DNA from: Candidatus Levyibacteriota bacterium
GTDB taxonomy: Bacteria > Patescibacteriota > Microgenomatia > Levybacterales > UBA12049
NCBI GenBank assembly: GCA_963716145.1
Contig: OY970292.1
Span: 1,095,404 to 1,142,061, forward strand
DNA: 46,658 bases
Direction: 5' to 3'
In this document: piece after piece, positions 31,073-40,448 of the stretch
Position numbering within the stretch: the stretch's first letter is position 1
Layout of the letters: each line of letters begins with the position of its first letter
Made by a program: the position numbers and the translations under genes
The notes under the pieces: model-generated
Told to the model about the DNA's origin: nothing
Seen by the model: the letters and a program-made list of their open reading frames with translations, nothing else
Database searches by the model: none

Positions 31073-31842
31073 CTTTTTTGTTTATTATAATATCTTAGGA
31101 TTTTTAATCTGTAGAATACCGCTCCCGTATCCCAAAGCATCAGAAAAATAACTTTCCACATAGCATTTCTATTGATTGTATTTGTTTTGAATTTTAAACG
31201 GATAGGGGCTTCATAAATTTTTTTATAGCCGAGAAGATAGGACACAGCCAATATCTCAATATCAAAAGCGTAAGCTTTCACCAATAATCTCGGAAGAACA
31301 TCTCTGACAACTTTTCTTTTGAAAAATTTAAGTCCTACCTGTGTGTCTCTTACTTTAAAACCAAATAATGCTTTGGTTACCTGCCGATACCCCCAAGATA
31401 AAATTTTTCTATACAAAGGATAATTAACTTTGGATACCGGGTGCAGTTTGGAGCCTACAATTATATCCGCGTCGTACCACTCCATATGGTTAAGAAGCAT
31501 ATTAAAACCGGCCGGATGAATATCCATCCCTGCATCCATAAATCCTATTATGTCGCCTTTTGCTTTTAACATACCAATCCGTACCGCATGCCCTTTTCCT
31601 TGATTTTCTTCATAAGAAATAATCTTTACATTTTTTCCGGCCCTAAGCTTTTTGATGCCGGTTAATTTCTTAAGTGTGTCATCAACCAACCCGTCAATCA
31701 CTACGATTATTTCATATTTGTAGTTCAGGGTATCTAGTGAGCTTGTGATATTTTTAATATCTTGGATAATTGTCTTTTCTTGCTTATATGATGGTACAAC
31801 TACTGAGAGAAGGCGTATTTTAGAGCTTTTCCTTGCTGCCAT
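31066..31842 (-). CDS. GT2 family glycosyltransferase
   Basis: MAARKSSKIRLLSVVVPSYKQEKTI...VVIDGLVDDT...GFMDAGMD. The start is chosen at the second ATG (31842). Confidence 0.8.
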   Translation of the reverse strand: MAARKSSKIRLLSVVVPSYKQEKTIIQDIKNITSSLDTLNYKYEIIVVIDGLVDDTLKKLTGIKKLRAGKNVKIISYEENQGKGHAVRIGMLKAKGDIIGFMDAGMDIHPAGFNMLLNHMEWYDADIIVGSKLHPVSKVNYPLYRKILSWGYRQVTKALFGFKVRDTQVGLKFFKRKVVRDVLPRLLVKAYAFDIEILAVSYLLGYKKIYEAPIRLKFKTNTINRNAMWKVIFLMLWDTGAVFYRLKILRYYNKQKRS

Positions 31843-33088
31843 ACAGGTAGTATAACAAAAGACTGAGCACAAGTAAAAATGTAATAGCGCAAGAGATAAG
31901 GATAATCTGCATAAATGTTTGATGGTAAAAAGTAATAAGAATTATTTGTAAAATAGCACCCAAAAGAATCGGAATATAAACATTAGTTTTTTTAATAGAA
32001 AGATAGAAATTGGAAATCATAAAAAGTAAACAGTAAATAGATATAAATAGTGCAAAAAAACCTAGAATTGGAGCAACAGACAAATACTCTGTTTTTTTGA
32101 GAAAAAATAATATAGAAAACGCGGGAAAAAGATAATAAAAAATTGTTACGATTATACAAGGGCACAAAACAAGGAGTAGGGAGAGTTTAAAGGTGTTATT
32201 AAAATTTTCGTTCCTGCTGTGTTTTTGAACAATCACCGGAAACATGACTCCGATGATTGGTACTGTTATAAAAAATATAACTCTGCCCATAAGCGATAAT
32301 CCTGCATAGATTCCAGCAGACTTGGGATCAAAAAAATGCTTTACTAAGATCACATCTGTTGAGATAAATGAAGTTAAACCAAGCAAGGTCAGAGCTGATG
32401 GAATACCGTAGTTAAAAAGTTCTCTTGTATTTATGCTGGACTGCGCAATCAACTTTTTATTAAAAATAAATCTAATTGGCAGGAAACTTAAAATATACAA
32501 AATTAATGAGCCAATTATTATTGCTGAGATAGCTCCTGTCACTGAAAAACCCATAAATACAAATGCTACGCCAAGTGTTAGTTTTGCCAGAGCTCCAATA
32601 AAATTTAGAAAAACCTGGTAACCAAATGCTAACTTTGCCTGAAGCAATGCCAAATTTATTATTTGGACAAATGACAAAAATATCACAAAATTCGCCAGTA
32701 ACAGGATGATTTTATTTTCAATATGAAAAAAGCTTGCTAAATTGGGAGTAAAATAGAGAAAAAGTAGAAATATAAATAGTCCTGATGAGGCGAAGAATTT
32801 AAATATTTTTATATAAAATCCTCTTATTTCGGCAAGTTTTCCTTTTGCAAAATATTCTCCCGAAAAACTTACAACCAAAGGAGTTAATGCGCTTAATATC
32901 AGAGAAGGAAATCCAATTAAAGAAGTAATACTTGCCAAAGTACCATAGTCAGCAACTGTCAAATTACGGCTCATAAATAAGTTAAAGAGGAAATTGAAAA
33001 AATTGGCTATCAATCCACCAATTACCACGATACTTGATCCGTAGATAAGAGGGTGCCGGGCTTGAGTTTTTAAAGTTGTAAAGTTCAT
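31820..33088 (-). CDS. Wzx/MOP-superfamily oligosaccharide flippase
   Basis: 422 aa, about 12 TM helices, with the typical polysaccharide-biosynthesis-protein N-terminus (...GSSIVVIGGLIANFFNFLFNLFMSRNLTVADYG). Confidence 0.7.
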   Translation of the reverse strand: MNFTTLKTQARHPLIYGSSIVVIGGLIANFFNFLFNLFMSRNLTVADYGTLASITSLIGFPSLILSALTPLVVSFSGEYFAKGKLAEIRGFYIKIFKFFASSGLFIFLLFLYFTPNLASFFHIENKIILLLANFVIFLSFVQIINLALLQAKLAFGYQVFLNFIGALAKLTLGVAFVFMGFSVTGAISAIIIGSLILYILSFLPIRFIFNKKLIAQSSINTRELFNYGIPSALTLLGLTSFISTDVILVKHFFDPKSAGIYAGLSLMGRVIFFITVPIIGVMFPVIVQKHSRNENFNNTFKLSLLLVLCPCIIVTIFYYLFPAFSILFFLKKTEYLSVAPILGFFALFISIYCLLFMISNFYLSIKKTNVYIPILLGAILQIILITFYHQTFMQIILISCAITFLLVLSLLLYYLYGSKEKL

Positions 33089-33091
33089 AGA

Positions 33092-33493
33092 TTAGGTCTT
33101 GGTTTCTAGGTCTTGGTTTCTAGGTCTTTGGTCTATTGTATTTTTTTTAAGATAAGTAATTAGTCCATTTATTAGTCTGCCTGTTTTATTTGCTTGTTCC
33201 ATTAGTTCTTGATATTTTTGTTCGTCAATAAAATCTAAGTCTCTAGCCAATAATAAATGATATTTAGTTTCCTCCAAGGATCCTCTAGCTTGATAGCAAT
33301 ACTGAACATATTCTTTTCTATAAGCTCTCGCACTTCCTTCAACTAGGTTGGCTGCTACAGAACTTACAGAGCGGCATACTTGATCAATTAATCTAAATTT
33401 TTCATCATTTGGAAATATATTTACAATTTTGTATATCATCAACACTAGCTTATGCGCCTCTTTCCATGCTTCCAGCTTTTCAAAATTATTCAT
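33092..33493 (-). CDS. Four-helix-bundle protein (23S rRNA intervening-sequence protein / Avd-like family), second copy
   Basis: MNNFEKLEAWKEAHKLVLMIYKIVNIFPNDEKFRLIDQVCRSVSSVAANLVEGSAR...ARGSLEETKYHLLLARDLDFI. The C-terminal tail DQRPRNQDLETKT is encoded by the heptad array. The ORF track starts at upstream TTG 33511. Confidence 0.85.
   Translation of the reverse strand: MNNFEKLEAWKEAHKLVLMIYKIVNIFPNDEKFRLIDQVCRSVSSVAANLVEGSARAYRKEYVQYCYQARGSLEETKYHLLLARDLDFIDEQKYQELMEQANKTGRLINGLITYLKKNTIDQRPRNQDLETKT
33095..33136. repeat. Heptad array (14-nt unit GGTCTTG GTTTCTA x2.5), 3' arm of the second four-helix-bundle cassette
   Basis: GGTCTTG GTTTCTA GGTCTTG GTTTCTA GGTCTTT GGTCTAT. Confidence 0.85.
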
Positions 33494-33516
33494 TATTTTG
33501 TAATTATTCAAAAAAA

Positions 33517-33547
33517 CAAAGAACTAAGATCTACAATCCAAGAACTC
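33517..33547. repeat. Heptad array in opposite orientation, 5' arm of the second four-helix-bundle cassette
   Basis: CAAAGAA CTAAGAT CTACAAT CCAAGAA. Its reverse complement matches 33095-33120 at about 19/26. It contains the stop codon of the upstream GT4 gene. Confidence 0.8.
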
Positions 33548-34616
33548 GCTGATACGTTTTTATCGTATCAGCGGCTGTTTTCTTCCACGTAAATTTTTGA
33601 GCTTGTTCGAGTCCTTTTTCCGAGAGCCGCGTTCGCAGTTTGGAATCTTCAAAAACTTCAGCAATACCATCAGCAATGCTTTTTATATCGTACGCGTCTA
33701 TGTAGAATGCTGCATCTCCAGCTACTTCGCGAATAGATCCTTCTTTGGAAGTTACAACCGGGCAGCCGGATTGCATTGCTTCAAGAATTGGCAAACCAAA
33801 GCCTTCATACAGGCTTGGCATTGCAAAGACAGTTGCAAGATTATAAAGAGTAATTAAATCCTCAGTGGGAACAAAACCCAATGCGCGCGTATTGGTATTT
33901 TCTGAAATTAGTTTTTGCGCTTCTACCAAATCCTGATTCCAGGGATTTTTCTTATCAAAATTGGTCTCGGTTAAAGTTTTTCCAACCATCACTAAGGGAG
34001 CATTTATTTCATTTGCCGCTCGGATAAGTCTTGGAAGGTTTTTGTTCCAAGTTGCGTCACCAACGTACAGGACAAATTTGGGGGGAAGTTTGTATTTGGT
34101 TTTTAGTTCTTGGATCTTAGTTTTTGGGCGACCGTTCTCCGAAGATCTATGATCTAAAACCTGGAATTCTTTTCCTGCTGCAAGATATACTACATCAATT
34201 TTATCGGCATTGATCTTTGCGTATTTGCTAATGTCTTTTTTTGATGATTCCGAATCAGTCAGAATCCGGTCAGATCCTGAAAGATTGAGCTTTTGAATCT
34301 GCCACTTAATTTTGCCTTTAAAGCCCGATGGGAAATGGTCTGGAAATACCAGAGGAGTTAGGTCGTGTACCGTAACAACTTTTTTATATTTTTCAAAAAA
34401 GGGGAGTGTCAAAAAAAACGGTTCAAAATAGGGATAGTGAATTAATTCAACTGATTTATCAAGTTGCCCCCCACTCGAAAAGAAAATATACTCATTCTCA
34501 GGAAAAAATTCTAAAAGCGCATTCTTGAGATTTTGCAGATAAAAGCCTGTTCCGCGCACTCTGTGACTTAAGATTCTATTATCGTTAAGCGGTGATACAT
34601 CTATAGCTATTTTCAT
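33531..34616 (-). CDS. GT4 family glycosyltransferase
   Basis: FAMPSLYEGFGLPILEAMQSGCPVVTS (EX7E region); 361 aa. A degenerate heptad-like stretch at about 34088-34135 encodes SENGRPKTKIQELKTK. Confidence 0.85.
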   Translation of the reverse strand: MKIAIDVSPLNDNRILSHRVRGTGFYLQNLKNALLEFFPENEYIFFSSGGQLDKSVELIHYPYFEPFFLTLPFFEKYKKVVTVHDLTPLVFPDHFPSGFKGKIKWQIQKLNLSGSDRILTDSESSKKDISKYAKINADKIDVVYLAAGKEFQVLDHRSSENGRPKTKIQELKTKYKLPPKFVLYVGDATWNKNLPRLIRAANEINAPLVMVGKTLTETNFDKKNPWNQDLVEAQKLISENTNTRALGFVPTEDLITLYNLATVFAMPSLYEGFGLPILEAMQSGCPVVTSKEGSIREVAGDAAFYIDAYDIKSIADGIAEVFEDSKLRTRLSEKGLEQAQKFTWKKTAADTIKTYQRVLGL

Positions 34617-34673
34617 AAAAACTTAAATTATAAATGTAAAACTTATAAAGATCAACCATATGTTTTTTAAGTT

Positions 34674-35663
34674 TTATAATTTATTTTTTAAATCGCTTTG
34701 CGATTTATGCCAATTCCAGGCGGTTTTGACTATAGTTTCAAGATCTGAATACTTTGGGGCAAAACCTAACTCCTTGGTTATCTTTGACTGATCAGCAACG
34801 AGAATGTCCGCATCTCCGGGTCTTCGACCTGACATACTGACCGGAAAATCGATCCCTGAAACTTTTTTCACCATCTCTACTACTTCTTTGTTGGAGTATC
34901 CTTTTCCGGTTCCGACATTATAATAAAAACCGCCTGTTGCCTCATGCAGTTTCTTTAATGCCAATACATGCGCTTCTACCAAGTCAAACACATGAATATA
35001 GTCCCGTACACATGTACCATCGGGAGTTTTATAATCAGACCCAAATAATTTAAAAGTTTCGTTTTTCAGAGCAGCATTTATAGCATTCGGAATTATATGA
35101 GTCTCAGGGTTATGGCTTTCACCCAGGAGTCCGTCAAGGGACGCGCCGCAGGCATTGAAGTAGCGAAGGGCTACAAAGTTTAGCCCATGTATCTTTTGAA
35201 ACCAGGAAAGTATTCTTTCAACCTGTAATTTACTCTCACCATATGGATTTTCAGGGTTTTTTGGATGTGATTCAGGAATAGGAGAGCTTACAGGATTTCC
35301 ATAGATCCCGGCAGTTGAGGAAAAAATAATTCTTTTTACATTATTTAAATTTGCGTACTTGAGGAGGTTTAAAGATGCAACAAAATTGTTGTCAAAATAA
35401 AGCTCGGGTTTTTCCATGGATTCGCCCATGGATATGTAGCCTGCAAAGTGAATTATGCCATCAAATTCATGATCTAGAAAAATTTCTTTCAAGTAGTTCT
35501 CATCCAGTAAATTGCCTACAATTAATTTTGCCCGGTTATCAATATTTTCTTTATGCCCACGCTCCAGACTATCAGCCACAACTACTTCGTATTTTTCTTC
35601 AAGAAGTCTTTTTACCATAAAACTACCTATGTACCCAGCCCCCCCAGTCAAAAGTATTTTCAT
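34674..35663 (-). CDS. galE: UDP-glucose 4-epimerase
   Basis: MKILLTGGAGYIGS (NAD fold), YGESKL (YxxxK), 329 aa, typical GalE C-terminus. Confidence 0.9.
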   Translation of the reverse strand: MKILLTGGAGYIGSFMVKRLLEEKYEVVVADSLERGHKENIDNRAKLIVGNLLDENYLKEIFLDHEFDGIIHFAGYISMGESMEKPELYFDNNFVASLNLLKYANLNNVKRIIFSSTAGIYGNPVSSPIPESHPKNPENPYGESKLQVERILSWFQKIHGLNFVALRYFNACGASLDGLLGESHNPETHIIPNAINAALKNETFKLFGSDYKTPDGTCVRDYIHVFDLVEAHVLALKKLHEATGGFYYNVGTGKGYSNKEVVEMVKKVSGIDFPVSMSGRRPGDADILVADQSKITKELGFAPKYSDLETIVKTAWNWHKSQSDLKNKL

Positions 35664-35710
35664 AATTCGATATAACTCATTATGACCCTGAGCAAAGTCG
35701 TAGGGTCATA
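35664..35710 (-). promoter_or_regulatory. Conserved hairpin leader, copy B (shared with the GT2 gene at 16383)
   Basis: The plus strand reads AATTCGATATAACTCATTATGACCCTGAGCAAAGTCGTAGGGTCATA. Arms TATGACCCT (35681-35689) and AGGGTCATA (35702-35710). The first 29 nt differ from copy A at 2 positions. Confidence 0.6.
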
Positions 35711-35769
35711 TTTCTATTGTAGCAAAAAACATTAGCTATGTTTAAGGCAATATATGAGTCGATTAATGC

Positions 35770-35798
35770 TTGACACGCCCACAATTCTTATATACGAT
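35770..35798 (+). promoter_or_regulatory. Candidate promoter producing a leaderless or near-leaderless mRNA for the surface protein gene
   Basis: TTGACA (35770-35775), a 17-nt spacer, TACGAT (35793-35798). The ATG lies only 7 nt downstream (35805) with no Shine-Dalgarno. Confidence 0.35.
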
Positions 35799-35804
35799 TA
35801 AAAT

Positions 35805-36976
35805 ATGCACAGATTAGGTGGTAGAAGAATTTTTCTGTTCGGATTTATCGCGGTACTGCTTATCGGTATACCGGTTACTATATATCTGGTACAGAGACAG
35901 CAGGAGACAAGGTCACATGCGGAAAAATCAACCAATGTTTCTTTCTCTCCTGATTCATCAGCTACTGCTCCTATCCAAAAAAGCGTTGGGGATTCAATAC
36001 CGCTTGATATAACCGTAGATCCCGGTAAAAATCTTGTTTCTTTTGTAAAACTTGAAATTCAATACGATCCTGAAAAATTGGCCACTGCCTCAGCAAACGC
36101 TTTTGCGCCAAATACTGCAATCTTCCCCTCCGTTAGCGCTGAAGAATGTTGTTTGGAGGGCCTGTTTATACTCCTGGGAAAATTGCTGTAACTCTTTCGG
36201 TTGGGCCTGATCCCACAAAATCGATTCAGACAAAGGTAAAAGCGGCGACAGTTACTTTTAAGGCCATTAATAACACTCCTCCAGGTACTCCGACTCTTGT
36301 TTCTTATGGAGCAACTACGCAAATTCTTTCAATTGGCTCAAACGATCAGGCTAGCGAAAATGTTTTGTCTTCATCAACACCGGCTACTATTATAATAGGC
36401 GGAGCAGTAGTTACGCCGTCAGTTCCCGTTCCTTCAGTAGAACCTTCTCCCACAGTGCCTGTAACAACATCTCCAACAGTTATTCCATCATTAATTCCGT
36501 CTCCAAGCTCTACGCCATCCGGAAATATATCGCCTGTTTGTAGCAATCTAGCCGTTGACAGGACTCCATCAGGGGATGCGCCGCTATCTCTGACATTTAC
36601 TGCCAATGGGACTGATGCAGATGGTACAGTAAGCAAGGTAACTTTTAATTTTGGAGATGGACAAGTAACCGATGTGGCAGATTCTGGTGGAACCGGGACT
36701 GCCTCAGTTAGTGCACAGAGCTCCCATACTTATAGTAATGCCGGTACATTTACAGCCTTAGCAATATTGACCGACAATGGAGCAGGAGTAAGCGATTCGG
36801 GCAGCTGTCAACAAACAGTGACAGTAACAGCAAGTGGAGGTGCTACTATAATTCCAGTAGCCCCAACCGCAGTTCCGACTCTCGTGCCAACCGGGTCAGC
36901 TAGTTTGGCAATCGGAATAGGTGCTGCCATAGTAGCCTTTATTGTGGCTGGTGGTTTCCTATTTTTCCTCCTATAA
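35805..36976 (+). CDS. Cell-surface protein: signal anchor, cohesin-like domain, Pro/Ser/Thr linker, PKD domain, C-terminal TM. One frameshift near 36135-36150 as assembled
   Basis: ORFs 35805-36191 and 36146-36976 join into one domain (...FAPNTAIFPSV // GPVYTPGKIAVTLSVG...). PKD signature FNFGDGQ...HTYSNAGTFTALAILTDNGAGVS. C-terminal LVPTGSAS plus a hydrophobic helix. Confidence 0.65.
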
Positions 36977-36991
36977 AGATTAAGTAGCGGT

Positions 36992-37801
36992 TTAGGGATT
37001 AGGGAAGATTGTTTTTAATTTTAGCGCAAGCCATGGTTTTCGTCCCCAGACAAGAATTTTACCTTTGAGCAAAGGTTTCCATAAACTTACCACACCAGTT
37101 GATACAAGAAAAAAGGTTATTGGATCAACTGAAATATGACAGTCAACAGATTTTGGAATTTCATTTTCAATCTTAACTTTTCCCTGTCTGCAGATTATTG
37201 CAAATCTTGATACCCCTTTTACATTTATATCAACCCGTGCATTTAATGTGCTTACCGCCTTTTTATCGTATCTTTCTGACATTCCTTTTTTGAAAAAGGG
37301 GAGAATCAGGCTTACACAGGTCGGGTTTACAGGAACTGGCTTATATAAAGCTCTAGCGATGTCACTCCCATGCATCAAGAGGTGACACAAGCAATAACGC
37401 ATACCGTCTACTAACTCCATTCTGCCAAAGTGGGTGTCTAATAAATACGAGTCAGGCAGGAGATTTACTTCTTTAATAAAAAAGTTAGTTTCTTTGATAA
37501 TTAATGCCGCAAGCTTTAATCCGTCACGCTCTTTAAATTCTTTTAAAAACTTATCATTTACCTCAGCAAAAGCGTCGAACCTGCCATCGCCATAAGGACT
37601 TTTTTTGCCAAGCAGCACATTTTTAAATAAGCGCTGACTAATAACCAGGTGTGCGGCTGAGTCTCCGACAGTCCATTTTGAATTGTGAATAAGTGTAGAT
37701 GTTTTAGCACCGGGATTAATGTTTGCGCTTATTTGTTTTGCAGCAGCTAGAATAGCTGTTTCAAGCTCTTCTCTTATTTTATTTTTTTTAACTACACTCA
37801 T
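36992..37801 (-). CDS. DinB/MDMPI-like N-terminal domain plus SCP2-like C-terminal domain protein (hypothetical)
   Basis: WTVGDSAAHLV resembles the DinB/MDMPI_N helix. The C-terminal ...GKILVWGRKPWLALKLKTIF resembles an SCP2 tail. Weak, motif-level only. Confidence 0.3.
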   Translation of the reverse strand: MSVVKKNKIREELETAILAAAKQISANINPGAKTSTLIHNSKWTVGDSAAHLVISQRLFKNVLLGKKSPYGDGRFDAFAEVNDKFLKEFKERDGLKLAALIIKETNFFIKEVNLLPDSYLLDTHFGRMELVDGMRYCLCHLLMHGSDIARALYKPVPVNPTCVSLILPFFKKGMSERYDKKAVSTLNARVDINVKGVSRFAIICRQGKVKIENEIPKSVDCHISVDPITFFLVSTGVVSLWKPLLKGKILVWGRKPWLALKLKTIFPNP

Positions 37802-37818
37802 CCGATAGGTAAATGGTA

Positions 37819-39559
37819 CTAGCTCTCCGTTATCATTGAGAATAAGGCGTCTTGCGATAGTTGGATTTTTCCGGTGGTGACCATTTTCTTTTTACCCTTT
37901 TTTTGTTTATCAAGCAGTTTGTTTTTGCGGGTTACATCTCCTCCTGACATTTTTGCCAGCACATCTTTTCTGTAGGGAGGTATTTCTTCACGCGCCACAA
38001 TATCGTTATTTATAGTTGCCTGAATGATTTGACGAAATTGGGCGCGGTCGAGTGACTCCTTTAACTTTGATGTCTTCGCCCGTGCTACATATACAGCCTC
38101 ATCTTTATAGACAAGCTCTGACAAAACATCAATCGGATTACCATTAATCAGGATATCCAGTTTTACAAGATCGGCTGTTTTGTATTCGCTTAATTCATAG
38201 TCAATACTTCCAAATCCTGATGTGCCCGATTTTATCTCAGCACTTAGCCCTCGTATAAACATAGAGTAAGGCATTTCATAAGTAAGCACAGCGTATGCAT
38301 CATGATACTGCATGTCCAAAAGATTACCTTTTTTCTTTTGCGAAATGCTCATCACGTTTCCTACGTATTCGGAAGGAGTATAGATAACCAAACTCATATA
38401 TGGTTCAAATATCTCACCAGTTTCTTTTTTATCATAAAGAACCTGAGGCATAGTTAGGAGTAAATCAAGGCCAAATTCCTGCTTCAATCGCTCCTTAACA
38501 ATATCAGCATGCAAAAGCCCCAAGAACCCAACCCTGTAGCCTGATCCTAAATAAGCGGAATACTCCTCTGTGTATGTAAGTGCAGTATCATTGAGTGTCA
38601 ATTTTCCGAGTGAGTCGCGAAGCATTACAAAATCATTGGTGTCTTTGGGGTAAAGTCCGAAAAAAACCATGGGTTGGGGAGTTGTATAGCCGGGGAGAGG
38701 CTCAGAATTTGACCCTACTTCAATAATAGTGTCTCCTACCCTGCATTGTCTGATATCCTTTATACCGCCAACTATATATCCGATCTCACCTGTTTCAAGC
38801 GTTTCAGTTTCCTTGAGAAACGGAGTAAATATGCCAACCTCAGTTATCTCAGTCCCCAGTTTATTTTGATAAAATTTAATCTTATCTCCCTTTCTGCTCT
38901 TCCCGTCAATTACTCTTACATATGCGATTGCACCTCTGTATTCATCATAAACTGCGTCAAAAATAAGAGCTCGGAGCGGACGCCTCAGCATTTCCACCTG
39001 GCGGTGGGATTTTTTCTATGACTTTATCAAGCATCTCTTTTACATTTTCGCCTGTTTTTGCAGATATGCAAAGAATTTCATTTTTATCAAAACCGAAATC
39101 TACCAATTCTTTTATTACAACTTCTGTCTGGGCATTGGGTAGATCTATTTTGTTAAGAACAGGTATCATGACCAGACCCAATTTTTTGGCAACCTGGTAA
39201 TGGGCGACAGTTTGCGCCTGAATTCCCTGTGTCGCATCCACCAGAAGCACTGCTCCCTCGCAAGCGGCCAGCGTGCGGGAGACTTCATAGGAAAAATCAA
39301 CATGGCCTGGCGTGTCAATCAGATTCAATTCATAATTTGTATTGTTTAGTTCATATTTCATGCGGACCGGCGCGAGTTTGATCGTAATACCCCGCTTGCG
39401 GCTTATCACATTCTGGTCAAGAAATTGTTCCTGAAGTTTGTCTTTGGCAATAGTATGTGTTATTTCCAAAAGTCTGTCAGACAACGTGGATTTCCCATGA
39501 TCCACATGGGCGATTATAGCGAAATTACGTATCAAATCCTGCTTCTTCATGGCTCTCAT
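37819..39559 (-). CDS. lepA: Elongation factor 4 (LepA), one frameshift near 38975-38990 as assembled
   Basis: NFAIIAHVDHGKSTLSDRLL, DTPGHVDF, NKIDL, then KIPPPGGNAE // RPLRALIFDAVYDEYRG continues in another frame (ORFs 38957-39559 and 37819-38997). LepA-specific C-terminus ...REEIPPYRKDVLAKMSGGDVTRKNKLL. Confidence 0.9.
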
Positions 39560-39602
39560 TGTAGCTTATTTGAGGCACCTTAGCAAAAGAATAATAATGG
39601 GG

Positions 39603-40385
39603 TTAGGAGTTCTCACCGGTCAGCACGTCTGTTGATTTATCAATCAAAGCCACCCTCTTTTTCCATTCCGGCAATGATTCAAATTCCTGAAGCCACGCAA
39701 GATACCCCTCTTTTCTGATACTATCCTGAAATTGATCAGGGGTCTCCCATTCTAATCCCTCAACTTCTATAGTTGAGATAAGAAATTTATTTTTTATGGC
39801 AATTCTCAGAAAATTCGCATATATACCAAAGTCTTTGTGTTGAGCCTCCTGCAAGATTTTTTGCGCTAGCTTATTCTCAAAACCAAATGATCCTGACATT
39901 ATGTCGACATCTATTCCGGCTGCTTCAGAAGCAATTGCGTTTACGACACTTTCTGTTGCGCGCTGGACTTGCGGATGAGTTTCAAATGAGCGGCTGGTTC
40001 TGACGAAAGAAGTTAGGCCGTTATGTGTATGGAGAATCTCCACTATATCCCGCAATTCTCTCGGGAAACGCTTGACCCAATGCAGTGCCCGGTCAAAATC
40101 AACCTGATGTACTGTTTGCGCGTTATTATATAAGGCGGTCTTGATTGCATGGAGATAATTATTGCCGATCAAAGAACTTGTCTTTTCCGATTGCATATTA
40201 ACTATAAATCTCTGAGATTTAAGTATTGAGATAATGCCGGGAGACGTTGTGGGAGAGACACTTACAACTGCGTTGCCAGCATAAATACGTAATAATTTGG
40301 GACCATACTCTTTCAGCATTTCAGTTAATCTACCCTCAGGATCATGAAGCGGACTGGCAAAAAAGACTGATGAGGGTTGGTCCAT
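39603..40385 (-). CDS. Hypothetical protein
   Basis: 260-aa intact ORF, visibly more GC-rich than the glycan cluster. No motif recognised (N-terminus FFASPLHDPEGRL). Confidence 0.4.
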   Translation of the reverse strand: MDQPSSVFFASPLHDPEGRLTEMLKEYGPKLLRIYAGNAVVSVSPTTSPGIISILKSQRFIVNMQSEKTSSLIGNNYLHAIKTALYNNAQTVHQVDFDRALHWVKRFPRELRDIVEILHTHNGLTSFVRTSRSFETHPQVQRATESVVNAIASEAAGIDVDIMSGSFGFENKLAQKILQEAQHKDFGIYANFLRIAIKNKFLISTIEVEGLEWETPDQFQDSIRKEGYLAWLQEFESLPEWKKRVALIDKSTDVLTGENS

Positions 40386-40413
40386 ACGCTTAGAATATAC
40401 AAAAGCAGACTGT

Positions 40414-40442
40414 TTGTAAATGGGATACAGATAATATAGAAT
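40414..40442 (+). promoter_or_regulatory. Candidate sigma70-type promoter for the metallophosphoesterase gene
   Basis: TTGTAA (40414-40419), a 17-nt spacer, TAGAAT (40437-40442). ATG at 40449. Confidence 0.35.
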
Positions 40443-40448
40443 TTACGT

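Noticed and set aside
36346-36636. 96-aa minus-strand ORF
   Set aside because: It is antisense to the Pro/Ser/Thr linker and PKD domain of the surface protein, with no independent support.
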